A stretch of 64,000 nucleotides of DNA from Candidatus Latescibacterota bacterium (GTDB lineage: Bacteria > Latescibacterota > UBA2968 > UBA8231): NCBI GenBank assembly GCA_965208105.1, contig OZ242318.1, forward strand, positions 2,720,001-2,784,000, given 5' to 3'. Positions 1 to 9,444 of the stretch are shown here, piece by piece. Numbering within the stretch: position 1 is the first letter of the stretch; each line of letters opens with the position of its first letter. Position numbers and translations under genes: made by a program. The notes under the pieces are model-generated. The model was given only the letters and a program-made list of their open reading frames with translations, was not told the DNA's origin and searched no databases.

Positions 1-1117
1 GTATGGGCAGGAGGTTGACCACCGCCAGGTTGACGCTGAGGATTGCCAGAAAGCTGATGAAGTGTTCCAGTCCCCTGGCCGCCGTCTGGCCGGCCAGCTG
101 GGCGATGCGCAGCGGTCCGGCCAATTCGCCGGGGGAGCGTTCTCCCTGGAAGAGCTCAGCCAGGAAACCGAGTATGAGCCACGAAAAGTTGTATGTGCTC
201 CTGGCTCCCATCACGAGGGCATCCGCCGTCCCGATGGAGGCGCGGGCAGCCGGAACGCCGATTCCGATCTGACCGATGGTTTCACCCCCGTCAACCCGGG
301 CGACCGGTGTGACCTTGGCGCGCATCATGCGGCCGCCGCGCTCCCAGACAAGCTCGATCTCCTCATCGGGATGGAGACGGATCGCCGTGCTCATCTGGCT
401 CCAGCTGTATACCGGCCTGCCGGCTACCATTGTGATGCGGTCCCCCTCCTGCAGGCCGATTTCGGCGGCCGGCATATCCATTATCACGCGGCCCACTACG
501 GAGGGCGGCACGACCTCAAAACCGTAGGCCTCGGATCCTGCGGCCGGCAGTTGGAAACTCAACACCTCGTCACTGCGTTCCACATCCACGAAAACTTCTC
601 CGGAAGACGCCGATTCAAGCGCTTTGAGAAGTTCGTACTCATTGCGGACCATTCTGTCGCCAACGCGAAGAACCCGGTCGCCTTCTTGAATGCCGGCCGC
701 CGCACTGGCTGATCCTGCGCGAGGCACGACAACCGTACTGTCGATCGTATCGATTCCGTACGCCAGGAAGAGGGCGATGAGGGCGACGAAGGCAAAGAGG
801 AAGTTCATGAAGGGGCCGGCGGCAATCACCGCCATGCGCACCCAGATCGGCTTGGAAGGGAACTCCCACGGCTCGCCCTTGGTTGTCTCGGAGCCCACGT
901 CGGCCATGCCCGCGACCTTGACGTAACCGCCGAAGGGAATCCAGGAAAGACAGTACTCGGTCTCACCTACCCGGACACCCACCATCTTCGGCGGAAATCC
1001 AAGGGAAAAGCGCTCGACCCGGATGCCGGCCTTTTTGGCCACCAGGAAATGGCCCAGCTCGTGGACGAAGACGAGGATCCCCAGAGCGACGATAAACCAG
1101 ATAATCGTTTCAATCAT
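1..1117 (-). CDS. rseP: RIP metalloprotease RseP (peptidase M50, PDZ domains); 3' end runs off the window
   Basis: Hand translation from ATG at 1117: MIETIIWFIVALGILVFVHELGHFLVAKKAGIRVERFSLGF...IPFGGYVKVAG...AAGPFMN...SVNLAVVNLLPI (HExxH and NLLPI motifs); lies downstream of cdsA. Missing from the ORF track because there is no stop in the window. Confidence 0.95.
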   Translation of the reverse strand, partial: MIETIIWFIVALGILVFVHELGHFLVAKKAGIRVERFSLGFPPKMVGVRVGETEYCLSWIPFGGYVKVAGMADVGSETTKGEPWEFPSKPIWVRMAVIAAGPFMNFLFAFVALIALFLAYGIDTIDSTVVVPRAGSASAAAGIQEGDRVLRVGDRMVRNEYELLKALESASSGEVFVDVERSDEVLSFQLPAAGSEAYGFEVVPPSVVGRVIMDMPAAEIGLQEGDRITMVAGRPVYSWSQMSTAIRLHPDEEIELVWERGGRMMRAKVTPVARVDGGETIGQIGIGVPAARASIGTADALVMGARSTYNFSWLILGFLAELFQGERSPGELAGPLRIAQLAGQTAARGLEHFISFLAILSVNLAVVNLLPI

Positions 1118-1123
1118 TTTTTG

Positions 1124-1963
1124 TCAGACCTCGAAAATGGCGAGGAGCTCTATGTACAAATACGCCAGCGGAAAGGCAAAGAAATAAGAATCGAACCGAT
1201 CGAGCATCCCCCCGTGACCCGGAATCAGCGGAGCCGTGTCTTTGACTCCCGCATCGCGTTTGATGGCCGATTCGACCAGATCCCCGAGCTGTCCGCCGAC
1301 GCTGGTCAGCAGGAGGAGACCTGCGAGTTGAACGGTCCCCGTCGAAGGCAGAAACTGGTGGAACAGCAGTGGAGTCAACCCGCCTGCGACCCCCGCGGCG
1401 AATCCGACCAGAGTCTTTCCCGGACTGATGGCCGGCGCCAGTTTTCTCCTGCCCCAGAGACGGCCGAAGATGTAGGCTGCCGTATCGGTGAGCCAGATAC
1501 AAATGAACAGGGCCATCACCAGATGTGTGGCCTCGGTGCGCTGTTCGGAACCGGCGGCGCTCATTATCAGGAGAGGAGCGCTTCCCAGAAATCCCGAGTA
1601 AATCGTACCTCCCAGGGTGAGCGAGGCGTTGCCGGCAAAGCCTTCGGTACCCTGCCGCAGGGAAACCACAAAGCAGACCAGGGCAATGGCCACCAGCACC
1701 AGCGCGAACTTTCCCGGGCCGGCGAAATAGATATAGGCGCACAGCCCCAGGGTCAGCAAGAGGCCCCCATACCTGGCCGGACGATGACCCCCTTTGGCGG
1801 CCAGCAGGGAAAACTCCCAGTTGCCGCGGCCGGCGATCAGCAGCACCAGCAGAAAGAGAGTCCAGTCCCGGAACCAGACGAGAAAGAGGATGCATGGCAC
1901 GAAGACGCAGATCGAAGCACAGCGCAACGCCATGTCGGGAACCCGCCCGCCGATGCCAGTCAC
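1124..1963 (-). CDS. cdsA: Phosphatidate cytidylyltransferase
   Basis: Hydrophobic protein with SPGKT...GDLVESAIKRDAGVKD...LIPGHGGMLDRFDS signature. Confidence 0.95.
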   Translation of the reverse strand: MTGIGGRVPDMALRCASICVFVPCILFLVWFRDWTLFLLVLLIAGRGNWEFSLLAAKGGHRPARYGGLLLTLGLCAYIYFAGPGKFALVLVAIALVCFVVSLRQGTEGFAGNASLTLGGTIYSGFLGSAPLLIMSAAGSEQRTEATHLVMALFICIWLTDTAAYIFGRLWGRRKLAPAISPGKTLVGFAAGVAGGLTPLLFHQFLPSTGTVQLAGLLLLTSVGGQLGDLVESAIKRDAGVKDTAPLIPGHGGMLDRFDSYFFAFPLAYLYIELLAIFEV

Positions 1964-1970
1964 GCCCGGA

Positions 1971-2729
1971 TCAGGCGCCCCCGAATCGCCGGTGGCGCCG
2001 CTGGTATGTCCTGATGGCCTCGTAGAGATGCTGGCGGCGGAAGTCGGGCCAGTACACGGGAGTAACCCAGATTTCCGTATAGACGGTCTGCCAGGTTAAA
2101 AAATTGCTCAGGCGCATCTCTCCACTGGAGCGGATAAGCAGATCCGGATCCGGGAGACCAGCCGTGTATAGCGCGCCGCTGATGGCCTCTTCATCTATAT
2201 CCTGCGCCCGAAGCCGTCCTTTTTCTACAGCGGCAACCAGGTGCTTGAAAGCGTCCACCAATTCGCTGCGGCCGCCGTAGTTGAGGGCAAGGTTGAGCAC
2301 CAGGCCCGTGTTGCCGGCGGTGTCTTCCAGGCTCCTCCTGAGGGCGGTCCGAACCGATTCAGGCAGGCCATCCAGGCGTCCTATGGCGTTCAGACGCACG
2401 TTGTTATTGTTGAGTTCCGGCACCTCGCTGCGCAAGGTCTCGCGAAGCAGTTGCATGAGGCTCTGGACCTCGGTTCGGGGTCGACTCCAGTTTTCGGTTG
2501 AAAACGAGTAGAGGGTCAGCACCTGGATGCCCAGTTCTCCACAGGCCCGGACGACATCGCGCACTGATTCGCGGGCACAGGGATGTCCCTCGGTTATGGG
2601 CAGGTTGTGCTCCACCGCCCAGCGCCGGTCGCCATCCATGATTATGGCGATGTGGCGCGGCAGGTTGCCCTGCTCTTTGAGCTTCCGTTGAATCAGAGTG
2701 TCTTCTTGGGGATCCAACTTCTCATCCAT
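1971..2729 (-). CDS. uppS: Undecaprenyl diphosphate synthase (cis-prenyltransferase)
   Basis: PRHIAIIMDG, FSTENWSRP, ALNYGGR, PDPDLLIRSSGEMRLSNFL motifs; synteny with cdsA-rseP. Confidence 0.95.
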   Translation of the reverse strand: MDEKLDPQEDTLIQRKLKEQGNLPRHIAIIMDGDRRWAVEHNLPITEGHPCARESVRDVVRACGELGIQVLTLYSFSTENWSRPRTEVQSLMQLLRETLRSEVPELNNNNVRLNAIGRLDGLPESVRTALRRSLEDTAGNTGLVLNLALNYGGRSELVDAFKHLVAAVEKGRLRAQDIDEEAISGALYTAGLPDPDLLIRSSGEMRLSNFLTWQTVYTEIWVTPVYWPDFRRQHLYEAIRTYQRRHRRFGGA

Positions 2730-2863
2730 TGCGAAGGTGGCCGGACTTCGGGACAGACAGGGCCAACCCTTGAGAACACGGTCAAATTATTGAATTTATG
2801 TACTCTGTGCGAAATAGTCAATCAAGGTCCGGAGAGCCGCGATACGGAGTTGCGGACCGCAAC

Positions 2864-2892
2864 TTGACATCCGAATTGCCCCCTTGTATTAT
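2864..2892 (+). promoter_or_regulatory. Sigma70-type promoter for the NIPSNAP/SDR genes
   Basis: TTGACA (2864-2869), 17 nt spacer, TATTAT (2887-2892), about 50 bp upstream of an AGGAGG RBS. Confidence 0.7.
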
Positions 2893-2944
2893 GCAATCTT
2901 CAGGGTTATCCAATGGATCCACCATCACGCCAGGAGGCCGTCAG

Positions 2945-3262
2945 GTGATTTACGAACTGAGGATATACCGCTTGCACAAAGGAAAGAAGAAGATCTTTTT
3001 GGAGGAGTTCCGGAAAGCCCGGCGCTTCATGAAGAAATACGGCGTCACCTTCGTTGCTGCATGGGAAAACCTGGACCGGGAAGACGAGTTCGTCTGGATG
3101 CGTTCTTTCACCTCCACCTCGGCCCGGGACAAAGCCATCGATGCCTACTACAGCAGCCCGGAGTGGATGAAAATCGTCAAGCGCATACGCTCGACCATCC
3201 GTCGGCGCGAAATCCGGATCATGAAGGCCTTGCCTCGTTCGGCCCCGGCAACTCGCAGGTGA
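2945..3262 (+). CDS. NIPSNAP family protein
   Basis: GTG start after AGGAGG; VIYELRIYRL...FVWMRSF...YYSSPEW pattern typical of NIPSNAP. Confidence 0.8.
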   Translation: MIYELRIYRLHKGKKKIFLEEFRKARRFMKKYGVTFVAAWENLDREDEFVWMRSFTSTSARDKAIDAYYSSPEWMKIVKRIRSTIRRREIRIMKALPRSAPATRR

Positions 3263-3294
3263 AACCTTTTTCCGGCACCTGAAGAGAGTCCGAG

Positions 3295-4011
3295 ATGTCC
3301 AGGACAGCGGTTATCTGTGGAGTCGGCCCCGGTTTGGGCGCAGCGCTGGTGCGGCGATTCGCGCGCGGAGAATATAATGTAGGTATGGTGGCCCGGTCCG
3401 CCGGCTATATCCAGAGTCTGGCGGCGGAGTTTGGGCAGGGAGGCGCCAGGGTCCTTCCCGTGACGGCGGATATCACCTCACCCAGCCAGGTTGCCCGGGC
3501 ATTTGCTCAGGTGCGCGAGGAGCTGGGTGCGGTCGACGTGTTGATAAACCACGCCGGCAACGCCGCCTGGAAGGGCTTCTTCGACCTGACACCCGAAGAC
3601 TTTGAGCTCTCCTGGCGGGTCTGCGCCTATGGCTCCCTGCTCTGCTGTAAAGAAGCCGCCGGCGACATGGTATCCAGGAACGGCGGCGCCATCCTCTTCA
3701 CCGGCGCTACCTCTGCCGTCCGCGGCCGGCCGGGGGCGCTCGCCTTCAGCAGCGCCAAGTTCGCCGTCCGCGGCCTTGCCTGGTCCCTCGCCCGCGAGTT
3801 GGGGCCTCGGGGCATCCACGTCGCCCATATCATCATCGACGGGGTCCTCGATACTCCCCGGGTGCGCGCGGGGGAATCCCTGGCGGAGGACGGTCCTCTT
3901 ATCGGGGTCGACGCCGCCGCCGGTGCATACTGGGACCTGGTGCAGCAGGACCGAAGCGCCTGGACCTTCGAGATCGACCTGCGTCCCCACGACGAGGACT
4001 TTTTCACCTAG
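3295..4011 (+). CDS. Short-chain dehydrogenase/reductase
   Basis: GVGPGLG Rossmann motif, NHAG, TGATSAVRG, FSSAKFAVRG, AWTFEIDLRP; the stop TAG coincides with the CTAG end of the MITE. Confidence 0.9.
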   Translation: MSRTAVICGVGPGLGAALVRRFARGEYNVGMVARSAGYIQSLAAEFGQGGARVLPVTADITSPSQVARAFAQVREELGAVDVLINHAGNAAWKGFFDLTPEDFELSWRVCAYGSLLCCKEAAGDMVSRNGGAILFTGATSAVRGRPGALAFSSAKFAVRGLAWSLARELGPRGIHVAHIIIDGVLDTPRVRAGESLAEDGPLIGVDAAAGAYWDLVQQDRSAWTFEIDLRPHDEDFFT

Positions 4012-4175
4012 TGTTCCGTCGCAGAGATAGGTTGACGAAATTGGGCCGCCGAGGCGCCCGGCTCACAAGGCGCCTGAGCGAGTCGTACCAGTGGTGTACG
4101 GCGAGTGAAGGCAAGGCCGTGAGCCGGGATGGATCGGCGGAAAAATGGCAACATATTTCTGCGACGGGACACTAG
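4008..4175. mobile_element. MITE-like non-autonomous element, copy 1 (CTAG-flanked, ~22-bp TIR)
   Basis: ctagtgttccgtcgcagagata ... tatttctgcgacgggacactag imperfect TIR; internal core homologous to 54387-54553 in reverse orientation. Confidence 0.75.
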
Positions 4176-4352
4176 CGCCTGCTGGCCCGATTTCACCTGA
4201 ATCTGGCCGCCGCCGCGTTGCCCTGGTTCGTATGCTAACTTTCTCGCGCAGGCAACAGCAGCCCTGATCCGCTTGCCGGAGCGTCCAGGTTTCCTGCCAG
4301 TCCCTGCTGAGCGAGTATTCGCCAAGGCCACACCTTCCACAATGGGGAAACA

Positions 4353-5354
4353 ATGCTCGAAATCGGCCCCGTGAAAGCAAATCCCGGCCTGCTGCTGGCC
4401 CCCATGGAAGATGTCTCCGGCCTTCCATTCAGGATGGTCTGCAAGAGCCTGGGAGCCGACATCGTCTACACCGAGTTCGTCAACGCCGAGGGCCTGGTCC
4501 GCGAGGACCCGGATGGGCCGCGCCGCACCTCCGCCAAGCTGAAGTTCCTCGAGGCCGAACGACCCATCGGAATACAGATCTACGGAGCTTCCGAGCTCTC
4601 GATGGAGAAGGCCGCCCGGATTGCCGGCTCGAGGGAACCGGACCTTATCGACATCAACTGCGGCTGCTGGGTGAAGAATGTGGCTCTGCGCGGGGCCGGA
4701 GCAGGCCTCCTCCGTGATTTGCCGCGCATGCGGGAGGTGGTTTCCAGGGTTGTGCGGGCAACCCGCCTGCCGGTTACGGTGAAAACCCGGTTGGGCTGGG
4801 ACGCGGAGAGCATCCGGATAGTCGAGGTGGCGCGCATGCTCGAAGGGGAAGGAGTGCGAGCCCTGGCCTTGCATTGCCGCACCCGGGCGCAGGGCCACAG
4901 GGGCGCGGCGGACTATTCATGGATCCCAAAGATCAAGGCCGCAGTCTCCATTCCCGTAATCCTGAACGGCGACGTCACCTCCCCCGAGGACGTCGGGGAT
5001 GCCTTCGCCGGCACCGGCTGCGACGCCGTGATGATCGGCCGCGGCGCCATACGCCACCCCTGGATCTTCCGCGAGGCGAGGCACTACCTGGATAGCGGCG
5101 AACGGCTGCCGCCGCCGACCCTCAGGGAACGCTCGGACCTCTGCCTGAATCACCTCGAGCTCGCCGTGGAGCACGAGGGCGAACGCGGGGCCCTGATCTC
5201 CATGCGGCGCCACTATGCCGGCTATTTCAGGGGATTGCACGGGGCCTCCCGGCTGCGCGCCGAGCTTGCAAACCTCCGCGACCTGGGGCAGCTGCGGGAT
5301 CGCCTCTGCCAACTGCGCGAGTCGGCTTCCGAGCGCGCCACGGCAGCCGCCTGA
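4353..5354 (+). CDS. dusB: tRNA-dihydrouridine synthase
   Basis: LAPMED, IDINCGC, GAGAGLL, PVTVKTRLGW, LHCRT, NGDV, VMIGRGAIRHPWIF. Confidence 0.9.
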   Translation: MLEIGPVKANPGLLLAPMEDVSGLPFRMVCKSLGADIVYTEFVNAEGLVREDPDGPRRTSAKLKFLEAERPIGIQIYGASELSMEKAARIAGSREPDLIDINCGCWVKNVALRGAGAGLLRDLPRMREVVSRVVRATRLPVTVKTRLGWDAESIRIVEVARMLEGEGVRALALHCRTRAQGHRGAADYSWIPKIKAAVSIPVILNGDVTSPEDVGDAFAGTGCDAVMIGRGAIRHPWIFREARHYLDSGERLPPPTLRERSDLCLNHLELAVEHEGERGALISMRRHYAGYFRGLHGASRLRAELANLRDLGQLRDRLCQLRESASERATAAA

Positions 5355-5441
5355 ATTGCCCGGACCGCGGCCATTCGAGTGACGCTTCCACCGCTTCGCA
5401 CCGACCTGCCAGGTTCCCGGACGGGGTTCGGTCGAGGAGCA

Positions 5442-6401
5442 TCAACGTGGCTCGGTATCGACCGGCTCTGCCGGTCCCCGCTCACCTGAGCTCATCAGGG
5501 CCCGCCATTCGCCCACCTTGCCGTGGGCCGAAAGAATCGCCTCCAGCAGGTGGCGCACGGCTGGACCGAAATAGCGCCCGCGGCGCCAGGCCACCCCGAT
5601 CTCGCGGGCGAAGCTCACTCCGTCCACGCCGACTGCAAGCAAGGCTCCCTTATCCAGCGACTCCGCCACGGTCGCATGCGGCAGAAAGGAAATACCCAGA
5701 CCGGCCTCGACCAGCTTGCGCATGGCCTCCGGACTGCGCATCTCCATGACGACGCGCGGGTTGAGTCCCGCTTCGGCGAAGCGGTTGTCGACGATCTTGC
5801 GCGAGACCGAATCGGCGTAAAAGAGTATCAGTCCTTCCCCTGCCACCTCCTCCAGGCTCACCGTGGAGCGCCCGGCAAAACGGTGCTCGCCCCCTACGAC
5901 CAGGGGCATGGCGTCCTGAAATATGGCGATGGTTTCGATGCGGGGATGGTGAAAAGGTTGCGAGATCAGGGCAAACTCCGAGCGGCTCATGAGAAGGTCT
6001 TCGACCAGGTATCGGGAGGGAGCTACCTGAATCGACAGCTCCAGCTCGGGAAATTCAGCCATGTAGGCTTTGAGAATTTCCGGCAGCAGATAGATCACCG
6101 CCGCGTCGATCGCTCCGAACTGAAATCCCTCCCCCGGCCTGGTGCCGCGGCGGCTCAGCCGGCCTTCCACCTCCACCAGCAGGTCTTCGACCTGCTGGGC
6201 GTAGGTCATCAAGGTCCGGCCCTCCATGGTGAGAACCACCTGACGGCTGCTGCGGTGGAAGAGTTTCACCCCCAGGCGGCGCTCGAGCTCAGCGATGCCA
6301 CTGCTCACCGTCGGCTGGGTCACGTTCAGGATTCGCGCGGCCTGGGTAAACCCCCCACTGCGCGCCACGGCCAGAAAGTAACGCAGGTGGTGGAGATTCA
6401 T
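5442..6401 (-). CDS. LysR family transcriptional regulator
   Basis: N-terminal HTH LRYFLAVARSGGFTQAARILNVTQPTVSSGIAELERRLGVKLFHR plus substrate-binding domain. Confidence 0.95.
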   Translation of the reverse strand: MNLHHLRYFLAVARSGGFTQAARILNVTQPTVSSGIAELERRLGVKLFHRSSRQVVLTMEGRTLMTYAQQVEDLLVEVEGRLSRRGTRPGEGFQFGAIDAAVIYLLPEILKAYMAEFPELELSIQVAPSRYLVEDLLMSRSEFALISQPFHHPRIETIAIFQDAMPLVVGGEHRFAGRSTVSLEEVAGEGLILFYADSVSRKIVDNRFAEAGLNPRVVMEMRSPEAMRKLVEAGLGISFLPHATVAESLDKGALLAVGVDGVSFAREIGVAWRRGRYFGPAVRHLLEAILSAHGKVGEWRALMSSGERGPAEPVDTEPR

Positions 6402-6422
6402 ATGACCGCCTTTCTTTGAACA

Positions 6423-6437
6423 ATAGAAATTTTTTAT
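6423..6437. promoter_or_regulatory. Putative LysR binding box (T-N11-A) in the AT-rich divergent promoter
   Basis: ATAGAAATTTTTTAT (ATA-N9-TAT) just upstream of the LysR start, in a very AT-rich spacer. Confidence 0.5.
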
Positions 6438-6534
6438 TTATAATATAATAATTATTGATTAGATCAATTCATTGAATCCCCTATCTTCTTCTTTCGGATC
6501 CCGACAACCGACAATCGAAGGAGAGATGGTCATC

Positions 6535-7848
6535 ATGAACCAGTCTGTAAACATCGAAAAAGCAGAAGGGAAACTCGGCGTACTCATCCCCGGCATGGGG
6601 GCCGTGGCCACCACTTTCATCGCCGGCGTCGAAGCCATCAAGGCAGGCCTGGGCGATCCGATCGGCTCGCTGACCCAGATGGGTACCATCCGGCTCGGCA
6701 AGCGCACGGAAAAACGCACGCCATTGATCAAGGACTTTGTCCCCCTGGCGGGACTGGACGACCTGGTCTTCGGCGGCTGGGACGTTTTCGCCGACAATGC
6801 TTACGAGGCCGCCAGCCACGCCGGGGTCCTGAGACAGGAGACCCTGGACCAGCTCAGGGACCCGCTCAGCAGCGTCGAGCCCTGGCCGGCGGTCTTCAAC
6901 AGCCAGTACGTGCGCCGGCTGCAGGGCCCTCATGTCAAGAGCGCCTCTACAAAGTGGGATCTGGCCCAGGAAGTCCGCCAGGACATCCGGCGCTTCAAGG
7001 ACGACGAAGGTCTGGAGCGGATGGTGATGATCTGGTGCGGGAGCACCGAGGTATTCCTCTCCGAGACCGACGTACATGCCGGGGTCGAGGCTTTCGAGCA
7101 GGGACTGAAGAGGAACGACGAGAGCATCGCCCCCAGCATGATCTATGCCTACGCCGCCCTTTCAGAGGGCGTGCCATTTCTCAACGGCGCTCCCAATCTC
7201 TCCGTGGACCTTCCCGCCATGGTGGAACTGGCGCGGGAAACCGGCACTCCCATAGGGGGTAAGGACTTCAAGACGGGCCAGACCCTGATGAAGACTCTCC
7301 TGGCGCCGGGGTTCAAGGCCCGCATGCTGGGATTGCGAGGCTGGTTTTCAACCAATATCCTGGGCAACCGGGACGGGGAGATTCTGGACGATCCCGACTC
7401 GTTCAAAACAAAGGAAGAGAGCAAGCTCGGGGTGCTCGAGCACATCCTGCAGCCCTACCTCTATCCCGAGCTCTACAGCGACATCTATCACAAAGTCCGC
7501 ATCAACTACTACCCCCCCAGGGGCGACGAAAAGGAAGGCTGGGACAACATCGACATCTTCGGCTGGCTGGGATACCCCATGCAGATCAAGGTGGATTTTC
7601 TCTGCCGCGACAGCATTCTGGCCGCCCCCCTGGTCCTCGACCTGGTCCTCTTTGCCGATCTGGCACAGCGCTCCGGCCTGCGCGGCATCCAGGAATGGCT
7701 GTCCTTCTACTTCAAGAGCCCCATGGCCGCTCCGGAGCTCTACCCCGAGCACGATCTGTTCATCCAGTTGATGAAACTCAAGAACACGCTGCGCTATCTC
7801 CGCGGAGAAGACCTGATTACCCACCTGGGACAGGAGTACTACGACTGA
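6535..7848 (+). CDS. ino1: myo-inositol-1-phosphate synthase
   Basis: GMGAVATT, FGGWD, GKDFKTGQT, STNILGNRDG, YYPPRGDEKEGWD, CRDSILAAPLVLDL; ATG 6535 follows AAGGAG. Confidence 0.93.
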   Translation: MNQSVNIEKAEGKLGVLIPGMGAVATTFIAGVEAIKAGLGDPIGSLTQMGTIRLGKRTEKRTPLIKDFVPLAGLDDLVFGGWDVFADNAYEAASHAGVLRQETLDQLRDPLSSVEPWPAVFNSQYVRRLQGPHVKSASTKWDLAQEVRQDIRRFKDDEGLERMVMIWCGSTEVFLSETDVHAGVEAFEQGLKRNDESIAPSMIYAYAALSEGVPFLNGAPNLSVDLPAMVELARETGTPIGGKDFKTGQTLMKTLLAPGFKARMLGLRGWFSTNILGNRDGEILDDPDSFKTKEESKLGVLEHILQPYLYPELYSDIYHKVRINYYPPRGDEKEGWDNIDIFGWLGYPMQIKVDFLCRDSILAAPLVLDLVLFADLAQRSGLRGIQEWLSFYFKSPMAAPELYPEHDLFIQLMKLKNTLRYLRGEDLITHLGQEYYD

Positions 7849-8031
7849 CGGCGGCGCGGCGCATCTCTTCCGATTCCTGCCACGATTGTAGTGGCCAGTG
7901 GCCCCTCGGCTATTAGGTCACGATCCCGCTGCAATTGCCGGCCGGATCGCGCCCTTGTTCCCGCCCCGAACCCCGCTGAACCTTTGCCCGCCGACGTCCG
8001 CCTTATCTTATGGAGAGAGGGCAGACGACAC

Positions 8032-9444
8032 ATGACCCGTCCGAGTGACCAACTGTTGGCAGAGCAAGTGCGCCAGGGCAGCGAGGCCGCCTTCGTGCGG
8101 CTGATCCGGCGCCACGAGCGCACCCTGGCGCGGCTGATTCGGTACCGCACCGGTTTCGGCGACCAAGTGCAGGACGTGCTGCAGGAGACCCTGGTCCACG
8201 CCTGGAGCGGCCTGCGCCGGGACACCCCCCGCGACGTGAAGCCCTGGCTGCTGCAGGTGGCCCGCAACCGCTGCCGCGATTACTTCCGCTCGACCCAGCG
8301 CCGCGAGCTCTTCGTCGAGACCGAGGCTCTGGCGTCCATGGTTAACCGCTTTGGCGTGGCCCAGACACGGCGGCGGAAAGCCGCCGCGGCCGTCGTCGAG
8401 GCCATGGAGGAGGTCCCCGAGCGCGAGCGGGCCGCCCTGCGCGCCTTTTACCTGGACGGTCTGAGCATTGCCGAAATAGCCGCCCGCCACCGCTGTCCCG
8501 TCGGCACTGTCAAGCGCCGCCTGTCCCACGGGCGCGAGCGGATCCGCACGGTGCTGGGCGTCACCCCCAAGACGAGGAGCAAGATCATGAGCACTGACCG
8601 AAAGCGGCCCTTCCCCCCGTACCGGCCCGAAATACGGATTGAACCGAGCCGGGAGGAACCTTTCCGCCTTGACCTCAAAGAGATGGCCTGGTGGTTCGTC
8701 GTGCCGCAAGTGGGAGACCGCGTCCGCTGGGCCGTCTACGAACCCCTCAAAGAAGGCGACGCGCCCTGGAGGCTGTCTGAAACCGTCTCACTGGCGGCCC
8801 AACGACCTGCGGTCATCCACGGCCGTTCTTGCGTCGAAGTCGAGGTGGAGAACCTGTTTTTCTTCCGGAAGGGAATGATGTGCTACAGGAACAAGACACC
8901 CCCGGAAGAAGACCGTATGACCAAGGTGTGGGGCTGTCTGGCCGAGAACGCGGTGGAATGGATCGCCGTGGAATCGCTGCGCCCCGACGGCACGCGGGAA
9001 CTGACGACTTTCCTCGACGAAGGATTCCACGACGACTGGGACCGTTCGCCACGGCTGGTCGAGGACCGCGGCTGCCTGCGGTCACAGGCGGACGGCTCGT
9101 TCGCCAGACAGCCCGGCACCTCCCAAATTACCGGGGCCGGGGTGTTCGACGTGCAGATCGGCGGGCAGCACTTTACCTGCCTGCGCGTCTTTGACGTCGA
9201 GAAGGAGGCCACCGAGCGCGATGTCATGATCGAAGCCTATATCACCCGCGCCGGACGCACAGTGCTGGACCGCCGCTACAACGGCAACCGCTGGGCTAAA
9301 AGAGGCGCCCCACCGCACAATAGGGGCGAGGCCATGACCTGGGAAGAGGACCTGCCCGCCAACGACCGCATAGTCATCGACGGAGTGACCTACGTGCATT
9401 TCTACGACAAACTGACGGACCTGGCCTGCGGCATCGCCGGATGA
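8032..9444 (+). CDS. ECF RNA polymerase sigma factor with ~285-aa C-terminal extension
   Basis: Sigma2 (DVLQETLVHAW, WLLQVARNRCRDYFR) and sigma4 (GLSIAEIAARHRCPVGTVKRRLSHGR) regions followed by a soluble domain; ATG 8032 after GGAGAGAGG. Confidence 0.85.
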   Translation: MTRPSDQLLAEQVRQGSEAAFVRLIRRHERTLARLIRYRTGFGDQVQDVLQETLVHAWSGLRRDTPRDVKPWLLQVARNRCRDYFRSTQRRELFVETEALASMVNRFGVAQTRRRKAAAAVVEAMEEVPERERAALRAFYLDGLSIAEIAARHRCPVGTVKRRLSHGRERIRTVLGVTPKTRSKIMSTDRKRPFPPYRPEIRIEPSREEPFRLDLKEMAWWFVVPQVGDRVRWAVYEPLKEGDAPWRLSETVSLAAQRPAVIHGRSCVEVEVENLFFFRKGMMCYRNKTPPEEDRMTKVWGCLAENAVEWIAVESLRPDGTRELTTFLDEGFHDDWDRSPRLVEDRGCLRSQADGSFARQPGTSQITGAGVFDVQIGGQHFTCLRVFDVEKEATERDVMIEAYITRAGRTVLDRRYNGNRWAKRGAPPHNRGEAMTWEEDLPANDRIVIDGVTYVHFYDKLTDLACGIAG

